DNA from: Tubiluchus corallicola
Lineage: Eukaryota; Animalia; Priapulida
Assembly: GCA_030141605.1 (NCBI GenBank)
Contig: JAQGDQ010000048.1
Span: 372,001-436,000, forward strand
Length of the DNA stretch: 64,000 nt
Direction: 5' to 3'
Made by a program: the position numbers and the translations under genes. Below, one piece after another: positions 1 to 12,394 of the stretch (positions are counted from its first letter, which is position 1; every line of letters begins with the position of its first letter). Below the pieces are notes generated by a model, which was not told the DNA's origin, searched no databases, and was given only the letters and a program-made list of their open reading frames with translations.

Positions 1-2502
1 TAAGGAGTCTTCTGTTCTCTAGTAATTTTTGGGTATTTACCACATTGTATAATAGTGTACTTTTGCATGATTTTCTACAAAGTTAGTAATTAGTTATTAT
101 TGGTATTAATTTGGACACATCGTTTTTCATCGACCAGCTTGATGCAGGGAATTATCGCTGCATAATTTGGAGTGTTACTAGTTTTTTCATTTCCACCTAT
201 ATGTAATTTACAAAATTAATTACTAAATGTTTCAGTTCAGATTGATCAGTTTATAAAAAATCAAGCAATTTAAAAACAATAGTAGTTTTCAAAATCATGC
301 ACAGATGCTAACAACAATCAGAGATTATATTCACTAGCTACTAGGTGCAACAAATGCACAGGTATACTTTTAATCTTAAAATTCGAATTCATTTGCAAGC
401 ACTATAGTTTGACATTTCAGTTATTCATCTTAGTGGTATCCTCTGGTATTACAGTCATGCTCTAAACTACTAATGTTTGTTAATTGTCGCACAGAAACAC
501 TGCACATTGTAAATTATTATTCCTTCTTATTTCCCAAATTCAATATTGTCAATGTTGATGTAATAGATAGCTCACTTACTACCAAGTGTAGTTTGCTTGG
601 ATACTAGTCGCACTACATTTTGAAACTTTATTGCAACAAAGTCATGTCTTCCTGAATTTTTCAGTAGCTGTACACTTTTTCTATATCTATATATCTATAT
701 GTGTATATAATTTTAGTACTTATCTGCCTTTCTAAACTTTTATTTTCTTTATAACACAAGTGAAATTATTAATTTAAATACAAATTAATTGTCTTTTCCT
801 GCCTCTGCCACAAAAAAGATAGTCAACAGGTTCTGAAGAAAATCTGAGAGAGTCATTGACCTCCTAGTAGCTTGTTGTTGAGCAAAGATTTTTTTGGTTA
901 TTTCAATTTAGAATGTCCATTTAATTTTGTTCATTTTGATAGTAGACCCACTTGGTTTACCAGAGTTGTATATTCTAGAGAGATTTTCATGAATCTATTG
1001 CACCAACTGAACACTGTGTATGCTCTCAAATTCTAGTAATCCATGACCAACAAATGTTTGGAGTAGATGTCTGAAACAGAGAAATGTGAAATACAGAATG
1101 ATGGCAATTAAACTAAAGTGCTCAGTGACCACATACTTATTTTCAGTGTAACAAAAGTTTTTTTGTACTTGATTGACGGCTAAATCAGTATCACTTGCGT
1201 TCGTGTGTTATTAAATTTTGCATTTTACCTTTGAATGCTTGATTATTCTTATACAGTGTGTCATTAGTTATTTACTTTTGTACCATTCTGAGAAAAAACA
1301 ATACGTTATTTAAATGTCTGATTGCGCGCCGGATTGCCTTTTTTCCCTAATGTTTGCATGTTTGTTATCTGTTGTGCTAACTTGTTAACATTGCAACCCT
1401 AAAGCAGGCCGTTACCTGGTTTTTTATTGTTCTTTTGTTGCAAGATTGTCACTTGCATTGTAGGAACTGCACATATCACAGTGAACTAGCAAGCTAGCTG
1501 CTGAGTTTTTCTTTAATTTTTGTAAAGTGAGGACTATTAACTGTATCTGGGTGAGTTATTTATTTAAACATAATTATCAACCTACTGACGGTGTATAGCA
1601 CGCCAATATATAAATTAACTAGTTTGGGGTTAATAGGGATTTATGATCCTGAGGGACTGTCATCCAAATGTTGGACAATGATGACCAAAGCCTAGGTATT
1701 TGTTTTATTATACACAACTAGAGATTCCAAATTAAATGAATTATTATCAAGTTTGTTAAACTTCCTTGCCATTTGCCATTGTGTCATGGCAAACCTTGAA
1801 TTGTCTAGGCACACCTAGCAAACTTGAATTGTCTAAGTCGTGATAATATTCCTAAATTTGCATAAAATATAGTTTTGTATTATCCTTGGTAAAGCTTTCT
1901 TTTATAGTATGCTGTCACATTTAGCTATGCTGCATGAGGTATGTTTAAATATAGGTAGAAGACATACTACACAGTTTTTGACTGTAGTGGCTTTAAGGCT
2001 TGTGGGTGCTCAGTAAAAAGTACAACATTACATTATAGTGCTAAATTAGAGTAAATGGAGTATTTTGGTTGTGAAATATAACATTCTTAGATACTTTTTG
2101 GCTTCATTTTTCTACTTTTTTTGTTTTGCTGATTCTGTTTCTGTATTTTTGTTTCTGTTATTATTTTGGCATCTGCTCACTTTTTGCCTTTGTTTGAGAT
2201 ACTGAATTATAGTTCATCTGTGCATTGATTTTGTCAATGTGTCACCTAAAAATTCTTTGCATTTATTGATAAAATCAAAAGAATACTGCTTGGGGATTAG
2301 TACTTATAAGCCTGCCCTATAATACGAGAATGTCTTGTAATGTTTCTGCATTCCATGTTACGTATAACCATACTGAAGTGATGTTAGAAATCAATTTTTA
2401 ATTTTTTTCTGCTGTTTGTATAACTTAGAGATTATTCCACCAATGTGGATTTGCTAGATTAATGCTGCTGCTTCGAGAGTTGTAGCTGTTCTAATTTTGC
2501 AG

Positions 2503-4800
2503 GGTCAAAGGGAATCCAGTTTGATGATATTACTTTGGAGAAATTCCGAGACAAGCGTAATTATGATGTAATGGCTTATAGCCAAACAAAGTTGGCCAAC
2601 GTTATTACAGCCAACCAACTAAGTGACCATTTGAAAGGTTTGTAACAAGTACATAGTTAAATTCCTGTTATGATTGTTGGCTTTTTAAGACATTTGTGTT
2701 TGTTTTATTATCTAATTGATTTGTTTTAGTCTAGAAATGCCCAGAGTCGAAATCTATATTATATTACGGAACTTTGTTGATGTCATTTGTTGTATACATA
2801 CCATCTGGTACTCTTATCCATTCTCTGAATTTGAGGGGAAGGCATTAGTTTCTAAAACTTACAGTAGGTTGGAAGCTTACAGTGAAAGCGGCAGAAGTGC
2901 CATGGATGCCAATGGAAGTGAAATGATACTGTAAGATGGTACTGCGAGACTACAAGTCAGCCAAAGACTCGTACTTTTTAATAAAATTAATTGCCATATC
3001 ACTGTACATATATCGTACCAGTGACTAATATGTAATCTACCAATAAACTGCCAAACAATATGATTAATTTGATGGAAATGTTACAGGTTTTCTGTAATGA
3101 AAATTGTTTTAGTTAATAAACTTATCACTTCCCTCTGTAATGCTGTTATAATATTATAATACATGCAGAGCTCTGTGCTATTTTTAACCTAGTTCGTGCT
3201 TGTCAGTCTGATTGTTTATTCGCTGCTTCTCAGCCTCGATCTCAGCAGGGTTTCGAAAGGTCAGTCTCGGTCCTGATCTCGATCTTGTAACTTTAGATGG
3301 GCAGAGAAATTGCAAACACTGCCTGGTGCATTAAAAGAAGAGTGCACTCCCTTTGGTTGAGCTACATTAATAAATACTGTACAATGTTGAAAACCTTGTT
3401 TAGACTTTATCATTTTAATTTGACATGTGGCAGTGTACAAGTAAGAAGGGTGAGTATGTAGGGCTTCCAGAAAAACATCTACTTTGTTGCAGCTTGTTTT
3501 ACATAAAATTACAAAGATCAGCCAGGCAAACTCTCGAACACTAAAACTGTAATTTAATTTAGTTTTAAATTGTAGATTTGCTAATAAGTTTTGCAATTTT
3601 TTATTTTTTTAAGTAACACCATAAAATCATAATTATATTGTTCTTTTCTAGGAACAGGTGTCACTGCTTACTCACTCCATCCGGGTGTCATTACCACGCC
3701 AATCTGGAATACACGGCTGATATACTTGTTTAGCTGGATTATGAAGCGAAGTAGTGAAGGAGCTCAGACAACTATTCATCTTGCAGTTGCCGATGTTGAA
3801 GAACATTCTGGAAAATATTTTTCGTATGTCATCAAAGTACTAATGATATTGTTTTCTTGCTTTAGATAGTGTTGATGATAGTTGATGATGACAATGATGA
3901 CGATGACGACGATAGATGATAATGATAGAGGATGGTATTTAGTTGAATTTATTGGCAAAATGTGAACAATTGTTTCTTCACAATAACTTAATTTAAAGAG
4001 AATGATATAGTACTGAATGATTTATAACATCTGAAGTATTTGTAATATCTATAACGAAAACTCGTGCAAGAACGAAAGTAGAAAGTACTTAATTAGACTG
4101 TAACATGTTAAAGTCCCTATGTTACAGTTTGAAATGTGCACATTTATTGGCTTAATTGTAACTAAATGTAATTCTAATTTCATTGCCATTACCAAAATTG
4201 ACTTTTACAAAATTATCTTGTTGTCTGCATTACTCTAGACACTGGCCAGAAAATGTGAAGCATCTTTTCTTAAAATTCTTCTTTCACAGTTCACTTTTAA
4301 ACAAGGATGCATATCATTCTGACACTAACATACATCACTTGATACTTGTACTTTGCTAACCAACACTTACTGGCATAATAACAGAAGGTCTTATGGCGGC
4401 AGCTTAATTTTTTGACAGTTGTTTGCAGTCATTACCATGACAACATTTTGGTTCACAATTTTGAGATTTAAAAACATTTCTAGCAATGTTTTTGTATGAC
4501 TGAAAGTTTTAAAACACTGTGTTCTTCACAACTTTAAATAGAAACAAGTTTAAATACATTATTTTACATTTTTAAAAATTCTCTGATTTATATAGTTTAA
4601 ATAAAACCTAAATTTCAACTCAGCATTATTATTTGCACTGCGAACAGGCTAATTATCTCCGAATTATAATATGTTACAGTGATTGTGCTGTTAAAGAGCC
4701 ATCTAGAGATGCCTATAATAAGGAGGTTGGTAAAAGACTATGGCAACTCAGTGAAACTATGACAGGATTAAAGGAAAGTGAGCAAGCAGATGGAAAATAG
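2503..4800 (+). CDS. RDH11/12/13/14-like SDR gene 1, C-terminal cassette 1 (5' exons lie upstream of the window)
   Basis: Exons 2503-2637 (SKGIQFDD...AYSQTKLANVITANQLSDHLK, catalytic YxxxK), 3652-3823 (GTGVTAYSLHPGVI...EGAQTTIHLAV...GKYFS) and 4680-4800 (DCAVKEPS...RLWQLSETMTG...stop). All introns are GT-AG with continuous phases 1/1/2. AATAAA at 5114. Confidence 0.92.
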
Positions 4801-6000
4801 TCACTCAATGGATCTTAAATTATGTAAATCCAACTGTCATCGTACAGTACCATTTAAAAAACGTTTGAGGGCACATTCTTGTAAAAATTATTCTGATAAA
4901 TTCCAACTGTTGTAGACCTCAATAATATCTTTCTAGTAGGTGACTAATTTTGTAGGTTTTGTGCAAGATTCGTAAATAGTAATATTTTATTAGTATTATA
5001 TTTTCTTAATTGTACAGCTTTAACTATGATGTTTTACTGTACACCTCTATTGAAAACACTTTGTTTGAAAGAGTGCTTTGTAAATATAATAATAATATTA
5101 TTATTAAACAGCAAATAAAAACATTTTATTTCACTTTATCTTTTGTCATAAATACAGTAATTCTTGAAGTAACATTTGTTTACACTTTCACTATTTACAG
5201 TTAGTATAATTTTTTGATGTTAGAATGATTAATTTTTTCATGACTGTATATGTAACTGTAAGTTATAACAGACTTTGTAAAGTGCATCGAGATCACCTGA
5301 TGTGCTGTATAAATAATAAATTATTATTGTTGAATTAAAGCCTGGTATTTTATCTTCTTCATTAAATAGTAAATGATTGTCGTATGTCCCGTGTTCTTTC
5401 TTTGTGTTCATTTTGTCATAACAAATGTAGCAGTTACTAATTATTTTTCTTAATTTCTTATCAAACTGACAAGACTACTTGAAAATCTTTTGACTTTGTT
5501 CTTGACTGAAATTCTGAGATTAAAAGATCGTCAACCTTGATATGCTTCGTTGACAGCAAACAAACAAGAGGTTACCAACTGAAACTAAGAAACAAAGATT
5601 GTGCAGGAAGATTGGAGAAGTAATTATTGTGCTTCTATGATTATAACTTTTGCAACAAAAGTGGCTGGTTTGCAAAACAGGCAACAAAATAACAACGTTT
5701 GCAAAACTGTGACTAAATTTAACAGGTGGCATGGATGGTACCAGCAATGGCAATTTTTTTAGCGCATGTGGTAGAACTTTTTCAATCATGTTTCAACTAA
5801 TTTTTACCAGACTAACAAGTCGGTTGATGCCACTGCCATTTCTCTTTTGTCAGGTGAATTGAATAAGGCTTTATTGTTCTCAATGTATGAATTTTTTTGT
5901 TTTTCTTAATTATCCTAAAAAAACACCGAATATTATGCTATCTCATTGACATCACTGTTTTACAAGTTGTGTTTCAATTTTGTTGCGTCTGTTTTTTTAG

Positions 6001-8950
6001 GGTGTCCAAAATTTGAATGGGACGATTTAAACTATGAAAGAAGAAAATATGTTTTATATGGACAAGGGTCCTACAGTCAGTCAAAACTAGCTAATGTTGT
6101 CTTCACTCGTCACCTGGCTACACTCTTAAAAGGTAATATATTAAAATAGCCTATTTACTAGTAGGTCATCATTTTATAAGCGTAGAGAGATACAAACTAG
6201 CACAATTTACACATGTTGCTCCTTTGTAACTCTTCTTCAAAGCATAACTAGAAAAGACATAATTGCAATCCACAATAATATCCCTTATTTATAATTATTA
6301 AGTTCATGTAATGTTTTGTTTGTTGAAGATGCTTGTAATTTCAATTTCAATTTTTTCAAGTTCGTGCAATGTTTTGTTTGCTGAATATGCTTGTAATTTC
6401 ATTTTCAATTTTTTCAATTTTATTTATTTCACATCAATAGTATATCATAGTAACATACATATAATAATTGCATAATCATTGCACAATTTTAGTTCCAATT
6501 AATACATTTTACATACATATAATAATTGCATAATCATTGCATAATTTTAGTTCCAATTAATGGATATAATTATAACAATTAGTATCTATTTATGATTATA
6601 CTACTGTAGCAATTCTAGAAGTTTATAATAGCTTGTAAGATCAGCTGAATGTGAAACAGAAACAAGGAGGAGGAGGAGAATCTGTAATGACGGCATTTCT
6701 CGTGGGTGATAGTAATTAGTAACTTATGCAATACGAGTAAGAAGCGCACTTAATTTTGGTAACGTTGCGAGACTGATACTAAGGCGGTTTATGTGTACCT
6801 GTTTCTGAATACAAAGCTTACTGAAAGATCAATTAACCTTTCAATGCTTTTATTCTACTGACAGACAATCTGAGTAAGCAAGAAAAAAAGAAAAAAAATA
6901 CATTGCAATAGTTAAACATGGCCATTTCAAGAATTACAGCACAAGTTTTTGGTATCAAACAGTAACCCCATAGTAACTGCAGTTTTCACTGTCTATAAGA
7001 GTTTGTGCACAAGATATCACCAATTTGAGTAATCACAATTGAGCTCAGAAGTAAACTGTTACTTATCTCTGGAGTGAGCGCTCACCACGTCAGTCCATTG
7101 GCAATCACTGGGGGTACACCCGCCATCTCTCCAAGGAAGGAATACTATCTCCAAAACATCGGATACCATGCTCGACAGTACTAGATGCCAGTCCGTCCAC
7201 ACCATGACAACAAGTGCTGGATTCCTTATACTGTGTAGAAGGCTCAAAGTCGTTTTTTTCTCCACTCAATTGCATCACAACACATTGTCCATTAGGATAG
7301 TATTACACCATTTACCACTGTCCAGAACTTTTCACAATAAAACATCAGTTCAGCCAATTTCAACAGATGAATCTCAGGTTTGCCCTCAAAATTATAAACC
7401 CAACATTTTAACTGCCATCATTTTCCAGACTATTCTACACACTTCTCAATATCAAAGGCACATTTTCCTGCTACTGGAACATTTTACTACATTTCAAGGT
7501 AGTTTGATACTTTAGACAGGTAACTATAACACTATATAGGCTGAATGAGAAAGCAAAACACCCCTGTAATAAAGTAATAAGGCCGAAGCCAACACACTTT
7601 CAAAATGACCTGCATAACACTGACATTTAGGTTACCTTTGGGGCAGATGTAGTTCATGGGTGCCTAGTACATTATTACAACAACAGCAGCAAAAAATAAA
7701 GTAAACTATGCAGGTAGTTTCCTTATACAAAAACAAACTAAATTAAGCCCCTTCAATCGAATAAAACATTTATCATTGAACCGAATTTGTATAGTATAAT
7801 GTACAAAGGTGGTTGCTTGTAATGTGTAAGAACAAACTTTAGCCAAGGGGTGGACATAGTCTGGTCCATCACAGAATCTATACACAAAAGTATGTAGAAA
7901 AGGAATAAGTAAAAAAATGTTATGCCTAAAATGAAGAAAGAACAGAATAAGATATGAGAATTATAGTTATTATGACAGCTTCAACATGCAACCATGTGTA
8001 ATAATGAATTCAGTAAATGATACAATTAAAAATAGTTGCGTACTTTAGACGAAAAATGTTTGTTTTTTAATGGCTATACTGTGTGATTTTTATTATTATT
8101 ATATTTATTCGATTTATAGGTTATAGTAGCAGGAAAATTTGTTTTTCAGGTATACAGGTCTTGTGAGGTTAAACATATTAGTTGATTTAAATGTCATCAC
8201 TGGTGCTATATGTTTTTTCAGATTCTGGTGTTGTTGTTAATGCTTTACATCCTGGTGCAATATGGACTAACTTGGGGAATGCAATGCCATGGCATTGGAG
8301 ATTGTTATTTATACCATTAATGCCACTGGTCTTGTTTGTGAAATCTGGCAAACAGGGTGCACAAACCAGTATCCATCTAGCTGTATGTGAAAAAACAAGT
8401 CAGGTCACTGGAATGTATTTTTCGTAAGTACTGTGCTTCGTTCTGTGCCATGTTGTGTACGAATTAAATCTTTTGCCGAAATAAGCTTTAAGTACATCCA
8501 CTGCTGGTACTTATTCATTGTGTGTGGCTAGCAAATATGTGTCGGGTTCTCATATAGGTTATTAGTATGTCATCTTCAGTTCTCGCCTGTTGTGTATATA
8601 TTTGGACCACAAATTTTGATTATCTTCTATTATTGTAATACATTATATTGTTGATTTTGGTATTGTAGTTTTATTACATTATTCACGCCCGTCTCCTATG
8701 ACACTGCTTGTAACAGTTGTTGAAGCAATACCAATACAAAAGTTGCACCGTGCCATTTGCTATGCATATAAAAATTGAATTTTTGTAGTGTTTTAGTAAG
8801 TTAATTTACTTGTTATTAATTTAACAAGTTAATGCAGTATTATCTTTTTTATTCAGGGATTGTGCCATAGCTAAACAGTCAGAAGTTTCTAAGAATGACG
8901 AAGTAGCAGCAAAATTATGGGAAGTTAGTGCACAAAGTGTAGGATTATAA
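6001..8950 (+). CDS. RDH-like SDR, C-terminal cassette 2 (probable alternative 3' half of gene 1)
   Basis: Exons 6001-6132 (CPKFEWDDLNYE...SYSQSKLANVVFTRHLATLLK), 8222-8423 (SGVVVNALHPGAIWT...QGAQTSIHLAV...GMYFS) and 8857-8950 (DCAIAKQS...KLWEVSAQSVGL stop). Frame and splice sites are intact. AATAAA at 9310. No N-terminal exons seen between 4800 and 6001. Confidence 0.9.
6310..6561. repeat. Two adjacent tandem duplications of about 58 bp each
   Basis: aatgttttgtttg...caattttttcaa x2 (6310-6420) and acatacatataataattgcataatcattgc...ccaattaat x2 (6453-6561). Confidence 0.8.
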
Positions 8951-9490
8951 TTTATATAATTTGTAAATTGTCATTCAATTAAACCTGCTTCAATTTAATT
9001 ATTTTCTGTGAAGTTAAGTTCTGTGAAGGACAAATCATATAATCATGCTGTACATCTTTGATTGTCTTTTCCTTGTAGCATGTGTTTTTTCTTAATTTAT
9101 TGATTTATTTTTGTTTTAAAAGCAATATTAAATTTTGGTTTATTCTTAACAGTTATTGTTAATTTGTTAATGATATTGTTGTTTAGTAAGTAACGAAGTC
9201 CATAGTGATAAATGTAGCACATGTAAACTTGATAATCATTATGTATAGTTAGTTTTATTAAACAAATATCAAAAAGCGGCATGTCTGGCAATGCACGAAC
9301 ACTTTTGATAATAAAGTTTTAATTTCATTTACCAAATTCAACATTTTGATTATTACTTATCATATTGTGTTTCTGATGCCTATAATGTGTAATGTATATG
9401 TGTGTATGTACGTGTTCATTTATAGCTATGTTGTTTAATTTGGCGATCAGTGGTTCACATATATTGGTTTGTTTTTGCAGTTGCTCTGTG

Positions 9491-10079
9491 CAGTGGCATA
9501 GCAAGTGCTTGCGGCACCCAGGGGCAAAAAAAATTCTGGTGCCCTACCCTTTTAATGTTTTGATCTTTTGTTTCATGGATGAAGCCACAAATTGTACGTG
9601 TTTTTGCGTACCTGAGTTCGGCTTTTTTTTAAATGACAGGATAAAGATAAACGAATTTTTTCTAAGCATAACTCTTCTATGCGTAAGTTGCTCATAACAC
9701 TGCAATCCTTAAACATTCAGCTCCAGCATCAATACATGCAAAGATTATGAAAGATACAGAACAAGTCACAATAATACAATTGACATTTAGAGAATAACGC
9801 CAATGTTTCCCCCAAAATTATCAACCTGCTAAGCCACACGACACCCTACACACCATTTAGTAACAACAGCCTTTTTCTAGGTTGTATGTAGTAAAATCAG
9901 TTATGATGATCTCTGCTACGCAATTTTGTTATAGTATGAAAACTTTTGTTAATTGCTTTCTTAATGTCGGATTAGTAATTAATAATTAACAGTCGTTGAA
10001 CTCTAGAAGAATTTTGCGCCCTCTCGCCCTTGTGTCTGGGGCCATTGCCCCCTATTGCTTCCACCTTGCTATGCCTCTG
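9491..10079. mobile_element. Non-autonomous hAT-like element (MITE)
   Basis: 15-bp terminal inverted repeats cagtggcatagcaag / cttgctatgcctctg (1 mismatch). Flanks gctctgtg / gctgtttg are a plausible degenerate 8-bp TSD. Confidence 0.65.
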
Positions 10080-10240
10080 GCTGTTTGGCCATATGCAAAA
10101 TACATTTTCGTAGCTTCTTTTTTAAAAAAATTTCCTTTTAACTTCTGTCATATTGCCAGTAGCTCTCTTCATGTTTTCTTAATTTTCTAATGACTTCAAA
10201 CGAAGTTCTAATAACATGAATAATATTACAATCAGCAATA

Positions 10241-10433
10241 CAGTAAAACCTCTTTATATGGCCCACTTTTAGACTCCAGAAAAAATTGGTGTTGAACGAG
10301 TTTGGAATTATAATGAGGTGCATGTCACACATGTCTATTGAAATATAGACATTTTGTTTTGCCAGAAATGTGGGCATTAAGCAAGGTTGGGAGTAGTACA
10401 AGGGGGGTGCAGTGTTATAACGAGATTTGACTG
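10241..10433. mobile_element. pogo/Tigger-type MITE
   Basis: TA-cagtaaaacctctttata ... ttataacgagatttgactg-TA: imperfect inverted ends with a TA target duplication. Confidence 0.6.
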
Positions 10434-10957
10434 TACTTCATTAACCTTTTTTGTTGCGGTATACATTTGTAGCACTATGTAAGCACCTAGAATTATCTGC
10501 AACTGCCATCGGAAAGGAAAATTTGAATGTCCCTTTCAAACACGTCTGTAGTTGGAACTGATGCTGCACATGCAGTACTTGATAAGCACAGTAATGGACG
10601 AAGTGAAAGCTTTGTTTCTAAGGAAAGCTTAAGCATAATCATATATAAATATCTACTGACATACTACGAGCCTACTCTACATTGATAGACAAATCCATAC
10701 GAATCTCCAAAGTCTATGCAATAATGCAAATTCATTAAACTACAGATGTTGGTAATTATAAACCTACAATGTCAACAAAATGAGCTTTACATTGTTATCC
10801 ATTGCATTGAAAAACATGACATAACTTCTATCTTTTGGCTAATGCTGTATAGCAAAAATCTGTTTTTGAGATTGTTTAATATTTGTTCAGTAAATCTTGC
10901 GAATTGTGTGTTCACAGCATATTTTCGAATATTGAATATATTAATTGTGTGTTGCAG

Positions 10958-11098
10958 TTTCAAAACCAATAGATTGGGAAGATTTGAACTATGAAAAACA
11001 CGAGTATGTTGAATCGTCCTTGAAAGGCGGCTCGGCATATGACCGGACAAAACTTGCAAACGTTTTGTTCACAGACTATCTTGCAAAGAAACTACAAG
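10958..11098 (+). CDS. Orphan RDH catalytic exon A3 (no B/C exons of its own)
   Basis: ttgcag acceptor, open frame [46 protein letters not shown], gtaaga donor. Close paralog of exon 19635-19772. Confidence 0.75.
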
Positions 11099-11110
11099 GT
11101 AAGAAAGATA

Positions 11111-11272
11111 CAGTTGTTGCCGTTTATTAGACTCATGGTTAATAGAATCAGTTGCATGATTAACTCAAAAACTGAGTCAATAGTTTGCTCCTTCTATTCA
11201 AATGTATATAAAACTGTCAATAATAGATTCTAATGACTCCTCCTAATTGACTCAGTATTTTTGCTTCGAATG
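11111..11272 (+). mobile_element. Isolated left end of a pogo/Tigger element
   Basis: Starts TA|cagttg and aligns with 11493-11645 (tagactca.ggttaataga, cttctattcaaat.ta.ataaaa, taatt.actca.tattttt). Confidence 0.6.
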
Positions 11273-11490
11273 TAGGAAAGTTTGGTACAAGTAATTTTGG
11301 TACCGGGAAAATTTGGTACTAGGAATTTTTGGTGTGCGCTAATTTTGGTACTGGTAAATTTGGTACTATCATCTCAAGGTACAAGGAATTTTTCGTACTA
11401 GAAAAATGTGGTACGAGGAATGTTTGATACGAGGAAAATATGATGCCAGGATTGTTTAATACCAAGAAATATTGGTACAAGGAAGTTTTG
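11273..11490. repeat. Degenerate minisatellite, ~16-17 bp unit (GGAAAATTTGGTACNA-like)
   Basis: Roughly a dozen imperfect adjacent copies of the aatttggtac core. Confidence 0.7.
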
Positions 11491-11492
11491 TA

Positions 11493-12394
11493 CAGTAGTC
11501 GCTGCTTAATAGACTCACGGTTAATAGACTCAATCGCTTAATTGACTCAAAAACGCCTGGATCGGGCCGCTTCTATTCAAATATACATAAAAGCTATCGG
11601 TAATTGACTCAAATAACTTCCTTAATTAACTCAATATTTTTCCTTCATGTACTTAAAATAAGACATTTGTATGTGCCCAAACAGCCTTTCCTACTTTTAT
11701 GTCATCTTTACATCCCTTTTGTGCATTATATATATATAGAAACAAAGACCTAACAGTTAAGGAGAAACTGAAAATTTTAGTGCAGTACGATAACTTCCAA
11801 AGATGGGACAGAGGTGTGCAGCAGCGCAGGTGAAAATTTCCCAAAGTACTCTCGGCAGAATATTGATAAAACGATTTGAAATTGAGCTGTCAGCAAACCA
11901 AAATGAGAATCTAGCATCTAAGAGGCGATGCACAGGAAAAGACTGTAAAGTGGAGTCAGCATTAAAAGTGTGGTTTACAAATGCACAAGAAAAAGATGCT
12001 CAGGTGAATGCTCCTTTAAGGCATCAGAAAGCAGAAGATCGGAAAAGAAGAATTTGTTGCAACAGAGGGGTGGTTTCAGCAATGGAGAAAGCGTGAAAAC
12101 ATCATGTACAAATGTATCCATGGTGAGAAAAAAGATGCTGATGTTCCAGCTGCTCAAAATTAGATGGAAGAGTGGCCAAAAATTATTGCAGTATGTTCAC
12201 CCAACATTTACAATGCGTATGAAACTGAACTTTATTTTAAAGCTTTGCCTGAGCACACCTACTTATTTGGGAATGAGAATGCAAAAGGGTGTAAGATTTC
12301 AAAAGAACGTGTGACAGTGCTATGCTGTGTAAGCATGTCAGGAAAGAAGGAAAAACTGCTGGTGATTGGAAAAAGCAAGAATCCTGCTATGTGA
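11493..12394 (+). mobile_element. Truncated, frameshifted pogo/Tigger (TIGD-like) DNA transposon
   Basis: TA|cagtag terminus. Fragments in several frames: CENP-B-type HTH (KDLTVKEKLKIL...ISQSTLGRIL; VESALKVWF...QKAE) and the start of the DDE domain (NIYNAYETELYFKALP...KERVTVLCCVSMSG...LLVIGKSKNP). Confidence 0.88.

Noticed and set aside
7059-7515. Overlapping ORFs of 68 and 115 aa in the cassette 2 intron
   Set aside because: No recognisable motifs or exon structure. It may be old repeat sequence, but I cannot classify it.
11273-11490. Short repeated units resembling a CRISPR array
   Set aside because: The units are adjacent and degenerate, with no unique spacers and no cas genes, in a eukaryotic context.
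11803-12394. Domesticated TIGD gene
   Set aside because: Multiple frameshifts, the first catalytic Asp motif is altered (NAYET for NADET), and it is truncated early in the DDE domain.
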